DNA of 64,000 nucleotides from an uncultured delta proteobacterium (GTDB lineage: Bacteria; Desulfobacterota; Desulfomonilia; UBA1062): assembly GCA_963785235.1 (NCBI GenBank), contig CAWAUM010000005.1, forward strand, positions 288,001 to 352,000, written 5' to 3'. The translations under genes and the position numbers were made by a program. The notes beneath the pieces are model-generated. The model was not told where the DNA came from. It did no database searches and worked only from the letters and a program-made list of their open reading frames with translations. Positions 31,311-43,283 of this stretch are shown piece after piece; positions within the stretch are counted from its first letter, which is position 1; each line of letters starts with the position of its first letter.

Positions 31311-34300
31311 TTATATTCCATCCTTTGCATACCAACTACTCTTCTCGGCAGCGGCCCTGAAAAGATCAACTTGATAGATAAGTTCAGGCATCAGCATGGT
31401 TGCGGTATTCATATCACCTGCCTTGCCGGCTTTCTCCATCCTGAATGCTATCTCGGCTAGGGCAATGCCGCATGCATTGCTTGATGCCCCTTTGATTGTG
31501 TGGGCATAGTGACTGATATTTTTCGTGTCAGCCTTTGCAAGTGCATCCTGCAGTTGTGAGAGAATGTTAGGTATGTCGTTTAAAAAAGCAAAGAGAATTG
31601 TCCGAGCCAGATCCGAGTCATTATCGAGATTGTCCATAAGACCTGCAGCATCAAAGACGCTTGCTGTTCTTGGTGAATCTGAAGATGCAGGTATGGTGGA
31701 TATTATACTGTTATCATTATTTATATCATGAACAGTCCCTGATAGAGGTTCATTCTCATGCTTCTTAAGCCACTTCAAAAGCATAGCTGAAAGTTCTGAA
31801 GATTTGATGGGTTTTGAAAGGTAATCGTCCATTCCCGAAGCAATGCATTTTTCCCGGTCACCCTTCATGGCATGGGCAGTCATGGCAATTATTGGAACAG
31901 CATGGTTCATAACACCTGAGTGTGGGTCTCGGATAATGGCGGTGGTTTCAAAGCCATCCATGCCGGGCATCTGGCAATCCATAAAGACGAGGTCGTAAGG
32001 AGAGGTCTCCAGTGCCTTGATTGCTTCAGTACCTGAACTAGCAATACACGACTGATACCCCATGTTTTCGAGCAAGCCAGTTACAACCATCTGGTTGGTC
32101 AGATTGTCTTCCACCAGGAGAATACGCCAGCCACGGCGTTTAGATTCGTTAATAGTATGACGTGTGACAAACCTGGCAGCGCTTTGCGTTTGTTTCGTAT
32201 CTTCGTTGTGTAAGCCCAGTACGGCGGTCAGGCAATCGAAAAGTTGCGTCTGTCGGACCGGTTTGGTGAGATATGCCTCGAAACCTGCATCTTTAAGCCT
32301 TGAAACCTCACCGCGAAAGGCAAGTGATGAGACCATAACCAGGGCTGTGTCCTGAAAAAGCGGATCTTGCTTGATCAGCTTACCAAGCTCTACACCATTC
32401 ATGCTCTTCATGACGGCATCGAGGATTGCAATGCGGAACGGATCACCTGTTTTCCGTGCATGGTTAAGGATGGTAAGCGCCTCTTCCGGGTTTGCCGCCT
32501 CGTCATGGCGTATACCCCAGGTATCACAGAATAAAGATAATACTTCCCTGTTTGTGGCGTTTTCATCAACAATAAGTACATGCTGTCCTGATAACCCTTC
32601 ATATCGTAACGGATGACAGGGGGCTATAGCCGTCTGTTTGCCAAGCACCACCGTGAATGAGAAGGTTGAACCTTTTCCATCAGTGCTTTCCACAGAGATG
32701 GTGCCGCCCATCATCTCTGCAAGCCGCTTGGAGATAGCCAGACCTAGGCCTGTTCCGCCATAATTGCGTGTGGTTGAAGTGTCTACCTGGGTAAAAGCGC
32801 TGAAAAGAATGGGAATTTTATCCATTGGGATACCGATACCGGAATCGCGGATAAACACTTTGAGGGTTACTGATTCATCTTTTGCTTCAATGAGGACGAC
32901 CCTTATTGCCACCTCACCTTGGTGGGTAAACTTTAATGCGTTACCGGCAAGATTCATGATGATCTGGCGGAGCCTTCCCGGATCCCCAATCAGGCGGGTC
33001 GGGACAAGGGGTTCGATGAGACAGGAGAGCTCTATGCCTTTCTCGGCGGAACGGATGGACAACAGGTCGGTCAGGTCCTCCAGCATCAGCCGCAGATCGA
33101 AATCGATGGTTTCCAGGTCAAGTTTGTCCGCCTCTATTTTTGAAAAATCAAGGATATCGTTGATAAGATTTATAAGCGCATCTCCGCTTTTCTGGATTAT
33201 TTCGGCATATTGAATCTGCTTTGTATTGAGATCAGTCTGCAGCAGCAGCTCGCTCATCCCGATAATGCCGTTCATGGGGGTGCGGATCTCGTGGCTCATA
33301 TTCGCCAGGAATTCGCTCTTGGCCTTATTCGCCATCTCGGCATTAATCGACATCTCTATGCTTTTCAGGTTGGCTTGTTCCATGAGTTTATTGATATTCT
33401 CAAGTTCTTCATGAGACCTTAGCAGTGCATCTTCCGCTTGTTTCCTGGCAAGGATGTCTATAAAGCTTTCCAGCAGATATACCTTCCCGCCTATAGTCAC
33501 ATTGACTACTGTCTTGAGGACCGGGATTGTTCTCCCGTCTGCTGTCAGAAGCATGCGTTCGGTATTATCAACTGCCTCGTGCAGATCAGTAATGGGGCAT
33601 TTTTCTTTCAGGGCAGTGCATATATGTTCATGACAGAGCATGCCTTTCATCTCATGCGTGGTTGTACCACATAGATCGGCAGCCATACGGTTTGCGCTCA
33701 CGATGGTATGGGTGGACGGATCAATCAGGATAATACCCGCCTGGACGAAATCAAAGACTGCGTGGAGACGTTCCTCGCTCTCTTTCAGGGCATCTTCGGC
33801 CTTTTTCCGTTCCGTTATATCGCGTGCAAATACATGAAATCCCGTGATGGAATCACCCTCAAAGATGAGACGTGTACTCTGCCAGAGCCAGACCTTGCGG
33901 CCATCCTTTGTAATTATGGGAATTTCATGGGAGATGATCGGTATTTTTTTTACAAACTGCCGCCCCACAACCCTGGCGAGTTCATTGTGATAATCCTCAG
34001 GGATGAACTCCAGATAGTGTCTGCCAATGAATTCGTCGATTGAATATCCACAGAACTTGACTACTGCAGGGTTGATGAACCGCAAGTAACCAGTTGCATC
34101 AGTCTCGTAGATCAGGTCGCTGGCGTTTTCTACAAGCTGACGGTATTGCTCTTCGCTCTTTCTGATATTCCGGTCCATTTCCTTGATCAGGCTGATATCT
34201 GTAAAGGTTCCGATCATGCGGATCGGTGAGCCTTCTTGGTCCCATTCAACTACCTTGCCCTTATCGAGGGTATATTTGTATTCACCCGTCTTTGTCTTCA

Positions 34301-35900
34301 GGCGGATCTCACATTCATAAATAGGGTTGTTCCCCTGCAGATATGCATTAAGGGCTTCAAACATCTTTGATAAGTCATCTTCATGGATAATGCCTTTTCG
34401 GAAATCACCTATCTGATGAGCTTCTCCGATTGTATAACCCATCATTTCAATCCAGTGAGTGCTGTATGTGGTTTTTCCCGTCTGGATATTCCAGTCCCAT
34501 ACGCCTTCGCTCGTGGCGTTCAGCGCGTATTGAAGCTGCTGCTCCGATTGAGCGACCCTGAGGTTTGATAATCTGGATCTCCGACGGTCTATGGTGAAAG
34601 CCAGAGCCAGGAGGGTCAGGATCAGTATAGCCAGGATAGGCTGTCTCCTGGAGGCATAGATCTTCTTCAGCCAGTTGGATGCATCGACGTCGGCCCCAAG
34701 CACACAGACCACGCTTTTCGAGACAGGATCAAGGACAGGGATGGAGGCACTTACCCAGGTACCCCAATCATCTCTCAGCGGACCTTCAGCGTTTTCTTTG
34801 CCGAAATCGAATGTATTGAAGAAGAGATTAGTCGTGTCCTCATAAACCTGGCCTGGAGGGGAATAGTCTTTTGACTCCGAAGGTTCGGAGTCTGCCAGAA
34901 AGAAGACGGTCTTGTCCTTTTTTCCCATAAGATAGACGAACCGATACAGGGGGTTGGCCATTCGAAGACGCATGAGACGGTCTTTTATGCGCGAGTAAAC
35001 TGGTGAAGTAAGGTCCGCAGAAGTACCGGTGAGCAATTTCACTTCAGAGGCATCAAAGGCCTTTGATGCAATCCTTGCTTCAGTAAGGATCGTTTTGCGT
35101 TGTGCCATATCTGCAAGGTGACCTGTCCACTCGGTAAAACCCCAACCAAAGACAATCAAACCACAGAATATCCAGGTAAATCGACTGGTGGCCGCTGAAA
35201 GTCCTTTGGCCTGCAGCGGATCATCTTTCAAGGCCGAAGTAAATTGCGTCAGTGTAATAGCTAAGACAGAAGAGCACGAGGCAAGTCCCACATGGAGAAT
35301 GAAGAGCCACAGCGATATAAGGTCTTCAGGAATGAAGATGGTGATGAGGGAGAACCCTTTGTTTGACCCGATAACGGTAATGAGGAGAATATAGGCAGAC
35401 AGGCAGATGCTTGCCAGTCTCAGCCGGGATTTATCAGGCTTATTCATCCTTGCGGAACTCTTATGCCAGAGGATAAAGGCAGCCAGCAATCCTATGGGAA
35501 GGGCAAAAGCCACATGACATGCTGCATCAAATCCGTTCAATCCGAACAGTCCGCCGGCAGTAACAGGCAGAACAAAGACCAAATGAGTCCATACGCTAGC
35601 GGCAAATCCAGTCTGGATACGGATGCCGAGCCTGGCAAACTCCGCCAGGGAAAGGAAAGAGAGGATGAATATGATAAGGCGGATCACCTGAAATGTTGTG
35701 CTGTCGGGTAAACTCAGGGCCAGCATGGTCATGAACCAGTAAATACTCTGGAGCAGTCCGAAGATGCTCGCCCACTTCCACGGCAGCGTTGCCTTGCCAC
35801 GCAAGAATAGAGAAGCAAACATGATTCCTGCAATGAGCATTGAAAAGGCAGTAATGAAGGTAAGGTAGTCAATCTGATGCATGAGAAACGACTGAATCAT
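31311..35900 (-). CDS. Membrane hybrid sensor kinase (3 PAS, HisKA, HATPase, 2 REC, HPt)
   Basis: [38 protein letters not shown]. Confidence 0.95.
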   Translation of the reverse strand: MIQSFLMHQIDYLTFITAFSMLIAGIMFASLFLRGKATLPWKWASIFGLLQSIYWFMTMLALSLPDSTTFQVIRLIIFILSFLSLAEFARLGIRIQTGFAASVWTHLVFVLPVTAGGLFGLNGFDAACHVAFALPIGLLAAFILWHKSSARMNKPDKSRLRLASICLSAYILLITVIGSNKGFSLITIFIPEDLISLWLFILHVGLASCSSVLAITLTQFTSALKDDPLQAKGLSAATSRFTWIFCGLIVFGWGFTEWTGHLADMAQRKTILTEARIASKAFDASEVKLLTGTSADLTSPVYSRIKDRLMRLRMANPLYRFVYLMGKKDKTVFFLADSEPSESKDYSPPGQVYEDTTNLFFNTFDFGKENAEGPLRDDWGTWVSASIPVLDPVSKSVVCVLGADVDASNWLKKIYASRRQPILAILILTLLALAFTIDRRRSRLSNLRVAQSEQQLQYALNATSEGVWDWNIQTGKTTYSTHWIEMMGYTIGEAHQIGDFRKGIIHEDDLSKMFEALNAYLQGNNPIYECEIRLKTKTGEYKYTLDKGKVVEWDQEGSPIRMIGTFTDISLIKEMDRNIRKSEEQYRQLVENASDLIYETDATGYLRFINPAVVKFCGYSIDEFIGRHYLEFIPEDYHNELARVVGRQFVKKIPIISHEIPIITKDGRKVWLWQSTRLIFEGDSITGFHVFARDITERKKAEDALKESEERLHAVFDFVQAGIILIDPSTHTIVSANRMAADLCGTTTHEMKGMLCHEHICTALKEKCPITDLHEAVDNTERMLLTADGRTIPVLKTVVNVTIGGKVYLLESFIDILARKQAEDALLRSHEELENINKLMEQANLKSIEMSINAEMANKAKSEFLANMSHEIRTPMNGIIGMSELLLQTDLNTKQIQYAEIIQKSGDALINLINDILDFSKIEADKLDLETIDFDLRLMLEDLTDLLSIRSAEKGIELSCLIEPLVPTRLIGDPGRLRQIIMNLAGNALKFTHQGEVAIRVVLIEAKDESVTLKVFIRDSGIGIPMDKIPILFSAFTQVDTSTTRNYGGTGLGLAISKRLAEMMGGTISVESTDGKGSTFSFTVVLGKQTAIAPCHPLRYEGLSGQHVLIVDENATNREVLSLFCDTWGIRHDEAANPEEALTILNHARKTGDPFRIAILDAVMKSMNGVELGKLIKQDPLFQDTALVMVSSLAFRGEVSRLKDAGFEAYLTKPVRQTQLFDCLTAVLGLHNEDTKQTQSAARFVTRHTINESKRRGWRILLVEDNLTNQMVVTGLLENMGYQSCIASSGTEAIKALETSPYDLVFMDCQMPGMDGFETTAIIRDPHSGVMNHAVPIIAMTAHAMKGDREKCIASGMDDYLSKPIKSSELSAMLLKWLKKHENEPLSGTVHDINNDNSIISTIPASSDSPRTASVFDAAGLMDNLDNDSDLARTILFAFLNDIPNILSQLQDALAKADTKNISHYAHTIKGASSNACGIALAEIAFRMEKAGKAGDMNTATMLMPELIYQVDLFRAAAEKSSWYAKDGI

Positions 35901-35955
35901 CCAGGTATACCCCTATCAAGTAGTTATCGTAATTTTATAGGGGATAACTTGAGTT

Positions 35956-37110
35956 TTATTTGCTGGTTATTTCATTGTGTGCGTCAAGAAAACTACTCAC
36001 TATCACAGAGAGATGTTCATAATCCGTAAGGAAGGCATCATGGCCGTGGTCAGTGGCAATATCTGCATATGAGACACGTACATTCAACCCCGAAAAGAAC
36101 CGGACAATGTCGTGGGACTGTTGAGATGGGTAGAGCCAGTCTGAGGTGAAGGAGATGACAAGGCCTTTTTTCCTTCTTAAGGTATCGAAGCCTTTTCCCC
36201 TGGCCCGGTTTTCGCCCCGTAGCCGTGTAGAGCCGCTGATGGAGGAGACCAGATCGAAGTTATCAATGGCTGTTGTGATATACAGATAACTGTTGGCATC
36301 AAACCTGCGGACAAAGGCTATGCCCTGGTAGTCCAGGTAGTGTTCAACCTCGAAGGATGGTCTGAATACGGCCTTGGAGTCTTTGCCCTTGCGAAGCCTC
36401 CCGAATTTTTCCTGCATCATTTTTTCTGAGATATAGGTGATATGGCCGATCATCCGTGCAACCGACAGGCCACCTTCGGGGGGGATTCCTGCGTAATAAT
36501 TGCCCCCGTTCCATCTCGGGTCTGCCATGATGGCCCGTCTGCCTACCTCGTTAAAGGCAATCTGCTGGGCCGAATGCCTCATGGTGGAGGCAATACAGAT
36601 GAATGAATCAAACAGCGATGGGTAGTCACAGAAAAGCTGCATGGCCTGCATGCCTCCCATGGAACCTCCCACCACACTTTTAAGCCGTTCAATGCCGAGA
36701 TGGCTGATGAGAAGCCTCTGTACCTCCACCATGTCGCGGATGGTCACGGGCGGGAAGGTAAGGGCATAGGGCGCACCCGTTGCCGGATTGAGAGAAGACG
36801 GCCCGGTTGTCCCATTACAACCGCTGATAACGTTTGCGCAGATAATAAAGTACTTATCCGTGTCAAACGCCTTGCCAGGGCCGATCATGACATCCCACCA
36901 GCCAGGTTTTGTATCACCCTTTTGGTAGAATGCTGCATGCGCGCTGCCGGAAAGGGCATGTTCAATGAGAATGGCATTGTCTTTCGTTTTGTTGAGCTCT
37001 CCGTAGGTCTCATAGGCAATGTTCATCTCTGGGAGTATTTCACCGGATTCCAGCCTGAAGGGCCTCTCGATTGAGACGAAGCTGGTCTCAACAATGGGCT
37101 TTGCGCTCAT
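35956..37110 (-). CDS. metX: Homoserine O-acyltransferase
   Basis: HALSG, GGSMGGMQ, RFDANSY, SDWLY, GHDAFL. Confidence 0.95.
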   Translation of the reverse strand: MSAKPIVETSFVSIERPFRLESGEILPEMNIAYETYGELNKTKDNAILIEHALSGSAHAAFYQKGDTKPGWWDVMIGPGKAFDTDKYFIICANVISGCNGTTGPSSLNPATGAPYALTFPPVTIRDMVEVQRLLISHLGIERLKSVVGGSMGGMQAMQLFCDYPSLFDSFICIASTMRHSAQQIAFNEVGRRAIMADPRWNGGNYYAGIPPEGGLSVARMIGHITYISEKMMQEKFGRLRKGKDSKAVFRPSFEVEHYLDYQGIAFVRRFDANSYLYITTAIDNFDLVSSISGSTRLRGENRARGKGFDTLRRKKGLVISFTSDWLYPSQQSHDIVRFFSGLNVRVSYADIATDHGHDAFLTDYEHLSVIVSSFLDAHNEITSK

Positions 37111-37715
37111 CTATTGTGCCCCAGCATAAATACGGCTTCTTTCACGATCAGGTTATCAAGGGGCATCTTGTTTTTCACGGTAAGGTCAAAGGGGAGAAAA
37201 AACCTTGCGTCCAGAATATCAATGCCCATTTCCGTTAATGAACTGATGAACTCGGAAAGGCAGACGAATCGTATCACCGGGGTGTCATGCCAGTCCCCGG
37301 TAAGCCTCATCTCGTCTGTCATGCGGCCTTTGGCAATAATCCCCAATCTGTTCGCAGCATATCCAAAGTTGGACATTGAAATGACAGCGCATCTCCCCAC
37401 CCGGAGCATCTCATTGATAACATTGTAGGGTCTGTGGATAACCTGCAGGGTGGCTGTGAGAATAACGTAGTCGAAGCTGAGTTCGTCCCATTGAGACAGG
37501 CCGTGGTCAATGTCTGCCTGATAGACACTGATACCCTTGCCGAGACATTTCACGATCATATCCCGGGATATTTCGACACCGATACCTTCAACCTGCTTCC
37601 TTTCCGTAAGGCGGTTCAGAAGAGTGCCGTCGCCGCAGCCCAGGTCAAGCACTCGGCTCTGTGGTGTAATCCAGTCTTCGATGATGTGCTGAGTCTTTTC
37701 AAGTATAGTACTCAT
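37107..37715 (-). CDS. metW: Methionine biosynthesis protein MetW
   Basis: VLDLGCGDG, EMLRVG, WHDTP; overlaps metX. Confidence 0.9.
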   Translation of the reverse strand: MSTILEKTQHIIEDWITPQSRVLDLGCGDGTLLNRLTERKQVEGIGVEISRDMIVKCLGKGISVYQADIDHGLSQWDELSFDYVILTATLQVIHRPYNVINEMLRVGRCAVISMSNFGYAANRLGIIAKGRMTDEMRLTGDWHDTPVIRFVCLSEFISSLTEMGIDILDARFFLPFDLTVKNKMPLDNLIVKEAVFMLGHNR

Positions 37716-37752
37716 AACCTCAATTCTGTGATCAATCTCCTAATGCGGTGAC

Positions 37753-38754
37753 TCAGCAGGTGTGGAAAAGTGCCGGCGGTCCTTCCTCTGCAAGTTCGGC
37801 CCTGCCTGCCTCAATCAGGAGTTCCAGGTGGACAAGGATCTCAGAGACACCAAGAAATGCCTCGGATTCGTCAATGCCGGGAAAAACATCTGCCAAAAGC
37901 CCGTAGATAGAACGTTCACCTTTTCTCAGTGTTTGTAGAATTTCCTCAGTACGTTTTTCATGATGCTTCCTGTAGCCTGTTATGAGAGATTCCAGGTCGA
38001 TAATGCATTCTCCATGGGCAGGGAAGACGAAGTCAATTTTAAGATGCTCAAGTTTTTCAAGAGATTCCATATATGCCTTAAGGCTCTTGTATGATGGGTC
38101 TTTCAAACGGGAACGGTTCACCTCATGGAAAGGGTTGGGTGTGATGTGCTTGAGGAGGTGGTCTCCACTGAAAAGGATATTGTGCTGCCTCTCATGGAGA
38201 CAGCAGCACCCTGGCGAGTGACCGGGGGTGTGGATGATCTGAAGATCGAACCCGCTTCCCTGGAAGGTGTCCCCCTCCTTCAAGGGAAGCGCATCATCAA
38301 CCGGATCGCAGAGATTTTTAAAGAAGTGCGACCTGCGCTTCATCCGTTCCACTGTATGTTCGGGCATGCCTATCTTTGCATAAAATGCGTCCGCATCCTC
38401 GCTCCACATACCGCTCTTAAGATAATCTCCGGATAGCTTCCACAGGTCGTCCTGGTGGATGTAGCAGGGGATGGCATGCCTGGAGGCGTTGCGGATCTGG
38501 CCCACCAGGCCGAAGTGGTCGATATGGCCATGGGTGATGATGATGCGCTCGACGTCATTCCACTCAAAGCCGATTTCATGGAGCTGCCTTTCCAGGGTGT
38601 GCAACGAACCCGGGAATTTGGGTGCGGTATCGATGAGGGTTATGGGGCCGCTGCCCAGAACAAACATATTGGAGCAGATGAGCGCAGGGAATCCGGGTAA
38701 GGGAACCGTCAGCGCGCGGATAGAGCCAATAAGGGGGAAGGGGTCAATGGTCAC
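37753..38754 (-). CDS. MBL-fold metallo-hydrolase
   Basis: THGHIDH, TPGHSPG, SGDH, PAHG. Confidence 0.92.
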   Translation of the reverse strand: MTIDPFPLIGSIRALTVPLPGFPALICSNMFVLGSGPITLIDTAPKFPGSLHTLERQLHEIGFEWNDVERIIITHGHIDHFGLVGQIRNASRHAIPCYIHQDDLWKLSGDYLKSGMWSEDADAFYAKIGMPEHTVERMKRRSHFFKNLCDPVDDALPLKEGDTFQGSGFDLQIIHTPGHSPGCCCLHERQHNILFSGDHLLKHITPNPFHEVNRSRLKDPSYKSLKAYMESLEKLEHLKIDFVFPAHGECIIDLESLITGYRKHHEKRTEEILQTLRKGERSIYGLLADVFPGIDESEAFLGVSEILVHLELLIEAGRAELAEEGPPALFHTC

Positions 38755-38993
38755 TAAGCCACAGCCTTAACTTCCTTGACCTCAGGCACCTCTTTCTTGA
38801 TTACCCTTTCGATGAGAGACTTGAGTGTCATGGTGGCCATTGGACATCCGTTACATGCACCCTTAAGCCGTACCTGCACAATCCCATCGGGTGAGACGTC
38901 AACGAGTTCTACATTTCCGCCGTCACTCTTGAGGACTGAGCGGGTCTGATCAAGGGCCTTTTCAACTTGCTCAAAACTCACAGCCATTATCAT
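38754..38993 (-). CDS. NifU/Nfu C-terminal domain protein
   Basis: DGGNVELV, GACNGCP. Confidence 0.92.
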   Translation of the reverse strand: MIMAVSFEQVEKALDQTRSVLKSDGGNVELVDVSPDGIVQVRLKGACNGCPMATMTLKSLIERVIKKEVPEVKEVKAVA

Positions 38994-39179
38994 GCTCCTT
39001 CATATGATCCTATTCAGTTTGATCTTATTTTGATGGAGAAACAAGCTTGTGTGGTTCATTTTTAATAGATCATGGGGAATGAATCAAGCCCGAATCAGGT
39101 CGTGGCAATTTCCAAAGTATTTCAGCCGTGCTATTAATTTATCAAGAATGAATTTAGAAATGTAAGACATGGTGGTCAC

Positions 39180-40625
39180 ATGAATAATTACTTGAAAGAA
39201 AGATGGGCAGGCCAAGGCGGAATCCGAGAGGTGCTCGTGCTCGCCTTCCCGCTGGTGCTGAGCACAGGATCATGGTCAATCCAGCACTTTGTAGACCGGA
39301 TGTTCCTTTCCTGGTACTCACCTGAGACCATTGCCGCAGCCATGCCTTCAGGTATTCTTAACTTCGCAATCATGAGTCTCTTCATCGGCACTGCAAGCTA
39401 TGTCAGCACCTTTGTAGCTCAGTATAACGGTGCAGACATGCAGCACAGGATTGGGCCCGCACTATGGCAGGGTATCTATTTCTCGCTCTTGGGCGGAATA
39501 ATCATGCTCGGATTTATCCCGCTGGCAAGGCCCATATTTGATTTCATAGGACATGAACAGGCTATTAAGGTTAATGAGATTATTTTTTTCCAGTACCTTT
39601 GTCTTGGAGGGTTTCCTGTTATCGCGTCATCCGTCCTGTCCGGCTTTTTTACCGGTCGCGGAAGGTCATGGCCGGTCATGTGGGTCAATGTTCTATCAAC
39701 AGGGGTAACCCTTGTGCTCGACTATGTAATGATATTCGGGAACTGGGGATTCCCGGAAATGGGCATGAAAGGGGCTGCCATTGCAACGGTCATTTCCGGA
39801 TTCTTCTCGCTGGGGGCCTACATTGTCCTTATGGCGAAATCTTCTTATAACATCGAGTTCCGGATATTTTCCAGTTGGAGGCCTGAAGCCGAACTTTTCA
39901 GACGCCTCATAAAGTTCGGGCTGCCTTCAGGGGTTCAATTCGCTCTTGATATGGCAGGATTCACGGCCTTTGTCCTTATCCTTGGCCGCCTGGGGAAAGT
40001 GAACCTAGCCGCAACCAACATCGCATTCAACATTAACACGCTGGCCTTCATGCCCATGATAGGTTTCGGTATTGCCGTGTCTGTCCTTGTGGGCAAGTAC
40101 ATGGGCAAAGGCAGGCCGGATATTGCATCCAGGAGCACCTATTCGGGTTTTTTCATGACCTTCGTATACATGAGCGCCATAGCGGTACTCTATGTTGCTG
40201 TCCCGGAGATCTTCACCGCCCCGTTTGCAGCACACTCCGATGCAGCACTCTTCCCTGAGATCAAAAGACTTACCGAGATCCTCCTGAGGTTCGTCGCGCT
40301 TTACTCTATCTTCGATACCATGAATATCATCTTTGCCTCAGCCCTTAAAGGGGCGGGCGACACACGATTTGTTATGTACATGATCGTACTGGTCTCGACA
40401 TTTGTGCTTGTAGTGCCAACCTATATCTTAATCATGATGCTCGGATACGGGGTAATGGCGGCATGGTCAGCGGCAACGGTATATGTGATCCTTCTGGGAT
40501 TCATGTTCTTTTTCCGGTTCCTTCAAGGCAGATGGAAGACAATGCGTGTAATAGAGGAGAGATCTGTCATTCACCTGATACCCCCGATTTGTTCAGAGTG
40601 TCCGGATGCCAAATTTGAGCCATAA
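39180..40625 (+). CDS. MATE family efflux transporter
   Basis: Multiple hydrophobic segments; GMKGAAIAT, LKGAGDT. Confidence 0.93.
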   Translation: MNNYLKERWAGQGGIREVLVLAFPLVLSTGSWSIQHFVDRMFLSWYSPETIAAAMPSGILNFAIMSLFIGTASYVSTFVAQYNGADMQHRIGPALWQGIYFSLLGGIIMLGFIPLARPIFDFIGHEQAIKVNEIIFFQYLCLGGFPVIASSVLSGFFTGRGRSWPVMWVNVLSTGVTLVLDYVMIFGNWGFPEMGMKGAAIATVISGFFSLGAYIVLMAKSSYNIEFRIFSSWRPEAELFRRLIKFGLPSGVQFALDMAGFTAFVLILGRLGKVNLAATNIAFNINTLAFMPMIGFGIAVSVLVGKYMGKGRPDIASRSTYSGFFMTFVYMSAIAVLYVAVPEIFTAPFAAHSDAALFPEIKRLTEILLRFVALYSIFDTMNIIFASALKGAGDTRFVMYMIVLVSTFVLVVPTYILIMMLGYGVMAAWSAATVYVILLGFMFFFRFLQGRWKTMRVIEERSVIHLIPPICSECPDAKFEP

Positions 40626-41650
40626 GGACAATAAGGAAGAAAATGTTTTCATAATGAGAGAATAGTTTTTCTATTCTGTTTAAAAATGAAAAATATCCTG
40701 ACAGGTCTTGATTTTTCATAAGTTACTATTATTATAATCTTTCATTTGATGAGATGAGCCTTTTGACCTGGGTCATGGTAAAGGCCTGATATTTGCAAAG
40801 AAATATTGTTTGTAGAAATGGTTTCCTCATCCGGGGCTGTATTCCAACGGGAATTCATTGTTTTTTGGAAACCGGGAAATGAAAATGGTGTTTATGACTG
40901 AGGCAGGTTCTCTGAGTGTTAGCGAGGATAAGTGATTTATCTAGTGGGGGTAATAAGGCAGTATGAGGGTTTCTGTTTTTTGTATGATTGCTGGTACGTA
41001 CATGATTATTTATTGCTTCATCAGCCAGTGCCGGGCCTATATTTCAATTTATCGGCAATGGTGCATCCAACACAGGTCTTTCAATACTCTTGTCCCATGA
41101 AGAACTTTCTGATCTCCTTAGATAATCTTAACGAGGATAATTCATCTTTCACTATTCCATCAGCCAAAGGGAGTGATGTACCTGGTATTGAACCGAAGAT
41201 GGCATCTTGCAGGGATGTGGGTTATGCATTCGGCGGACGTTACGGCGTTTGGCAAAGCCGGTAAGCAGTTCGAAGGCCTTTTGATTCCCTTATTCGCCGG
41301 CAGCCTTTTAATCGGCCTTTCGGGTTTAACCAGGAGGCTCGTAAACAGACAGCCCCTAGCACACCATGAAAAGACCCCTGTAAAGGTAAAAGTAACGTAT
41401 GAAAAAACCCTGTGGGCAGAGTCTAATGGGTTAATGTAATCAGGCTATACGCGTCTTCATGTCTTTTTCACCAATGCTTTCCTGAAATCAGGGGCATTGC
41501 TCGACTTTGAGCATTCCAATCCTTTTCGTTCCCGGTAAACCTTCTCTTTATAAGACTTCTTAGGGTATATCTGAAGAATAAACGATCGTGAGTTGATCTT
41601 TCTATGAATGGTATCCCATAGAACAACAGAGCATGAAAGGATAGTGAGAA

Positions 41651-42424
41651 ATGGAAGAATTTGACAGGCTTGTGCAGATATTTGAAAGGCTTCGAGCACC
41701 CGGCGGTTGCCCTTGGGATGCAGAGCAGGACCATAAGAGCATATCCCAGTGCATTATTGAAGAGTCCTATGAGCTTTTCGATGCCATTATCAATAAAGAC
41801 AGGGATCATATGCAAGAGGAACTCGGGGATGTCCTCCTGCAGGTGATCTTTCATAGCATCATAGCCAGAGATCTCGGAGAGTTCTGCCTGAAGGATGTGA
41901 TCAATGGTCTGGCTGATAAACTGATCTCCAGACACCCCCATGTTTTTGAAGATGTACAGCTGAATTCAGCAAAAGAGGTCATTCGCAACTGGGAAAAACT
42001 GAAAAAAAGCGAGAAGGGTAAGATTGGGAGGGAATCCATTCTGGATGGAATACCCAAATCTCTGCCCTCTATCCTTGCCGCCCGTAAAATCCAGACCACT
42101 GTTTCCAGGGTGGGTTTCGACTGGAAAGACCCCTGCGGAGTGATGGAGAAGATCAGGGAAGAGGTAGCAGAGCTTGACGAAGCCATACATTCTGAGGATA
42201 CGGACGCAATGGAAGATGAAATAGGCGATCTGCTCTTCAGTGTTGTGAACCTCGCCCGCAAGTGCAAGGTGGATCCGGAGGCCGCATTGCGGCGAACAAA
42301 CCGCAAGTTCAGAAAACGTTTTGAGGAAATCGAGAAGGAATCTAAACATCGGGGTATCGGTCTCGAAGAAATGAATCTGCAGGACATGGATAAAATTTGG
42401 GAGGGTGCAAAGTATACTGAATAG
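41651..42424 (+). CDS. mazG: Nucleoside triphosphate pyrophosphohydrolase
   Basis: GCPWD, EELGDVLLQ, RHPHVF, GFDW, EIGDLLF. Confidence 0.96.
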   Translation: MEEFDRLVQIFERLRAPGGCPWDAEQDHKSISQCIIEESYELFDAIINKDRDHMQEELGDVLLQVIFHSIIARDLGEFCLKDVINGLADKLISRHPHVFEDVQLNSAKEVIRNWEKLKKSEKGKIGRESILDGIPKSLPSILAARKIQTTVSRVGFDWKDPCGVMEKIREEVAELDEAIHSEDTDAMEDEIGDLLFSVVNLARKCKVDPEAALRRTNRKFRKRFEEIEKESKHRGIGLEEMNLQDMDKIWEGAKYTE

Positions 42425-42537
42425 ATTTTTAAGAAATTATAAAGAAATGAAAAAATCTCGTCTGGGGAAGGGGCGAACGAGAGAATGTGGAACTCCTGCT
42501 TGTAACCCACGATCTGTCTACTCAAAGTCTAAAGTTA

Positions 42538-42597
42538 TTGACATAAAGAACGTTGTCCAATATATAACCAAATAGTTAAACCAAACGGTTAGTTTAA
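42538..42597 (+). promoter_or_regulatory. Sigma70-type promoter plus probable TetR operator
   Basis: TTGACA (42538) - 17 bp - TATATA (42561); imperfect palindrome TTAAACCAAACGGTTAGTTTAA (42576-42597) just upstream of tetR. Confidence 0.65.
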
Positions 42598-42611
42598 AAT
42601 TGTAATTATTC

Positions 42612-43252
42612 ATGGAGTTCGCCATGACAGACAGACAGGAAGAAAAAAAGGAAGATACCCTGCGACGCATCCTGGCAGCGGCCAAGGATGTGTTTGCTGA
42701 AAAGGGTTTTGGAGGGGCACGGGTGGATGAAATCGCCCGGAGGGCAGGGGTCAACAAGGCCACTCTCTACTACCACATAGGTGACAAAAAAGCTCTCTAT
42801 GCTGAGACCATCCATGATGTGGTGGGTACGGCTTCAGTGAATCTGGCCAAGGGAATCATGGTTTCACTGTCTCCCCAGGACAAGATACGAACATATATCA
42901 AAACCCTGACTGCCGCTTTTGATGATAACCCCCAGATGCCCCGAATCATGATGCGCGAGATTGCATCGGGCGGGAACAACCTGCCCGATATTTTCGTGAA
43001 AGACCTCCTGTCCATTATCACCACGCTGACAGACATCATTGAGGAAGGGAAGGCCAAAGGCGTGTTCACGGATACACTCCCCCTGCTGGTGCATTTCATG
43101 ACCATGGGCGCCATTGTTATCTACAAGTCCATAGCCCCTGTCCTGATGAGGCGATCTGAAATGCCGGAGAACTCAAAGCCATGGGTACTGAAGTTACAGG
43201 AACAGTGGCAGCGGAAATTGAGCGGCTTATATTAAAGGCCATAAGCATATGA
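42612..43252 (+). CDS. TetR/AcrR family regulator; probable frameshift near 43170
   Basis: [21 protein letters not shown]; a more plausible C-terminal helix ends at TGA 43252 in the shifted frame. Confidence 0.9.
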
Positions 43253-43283
43253 AGGTACGGCATTCCCAAAGGGAGGTTGAGCT

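Noticed and set aside
41225-41335. Possible riboswitch (GGCAAAGCCGG, CCGAAAGG hairpin)
   Set aside because: The elements are not in the order or on the strand required for a c-di-GMP-I or cobalamin aptamer, and they overlap a probable coding fragment.
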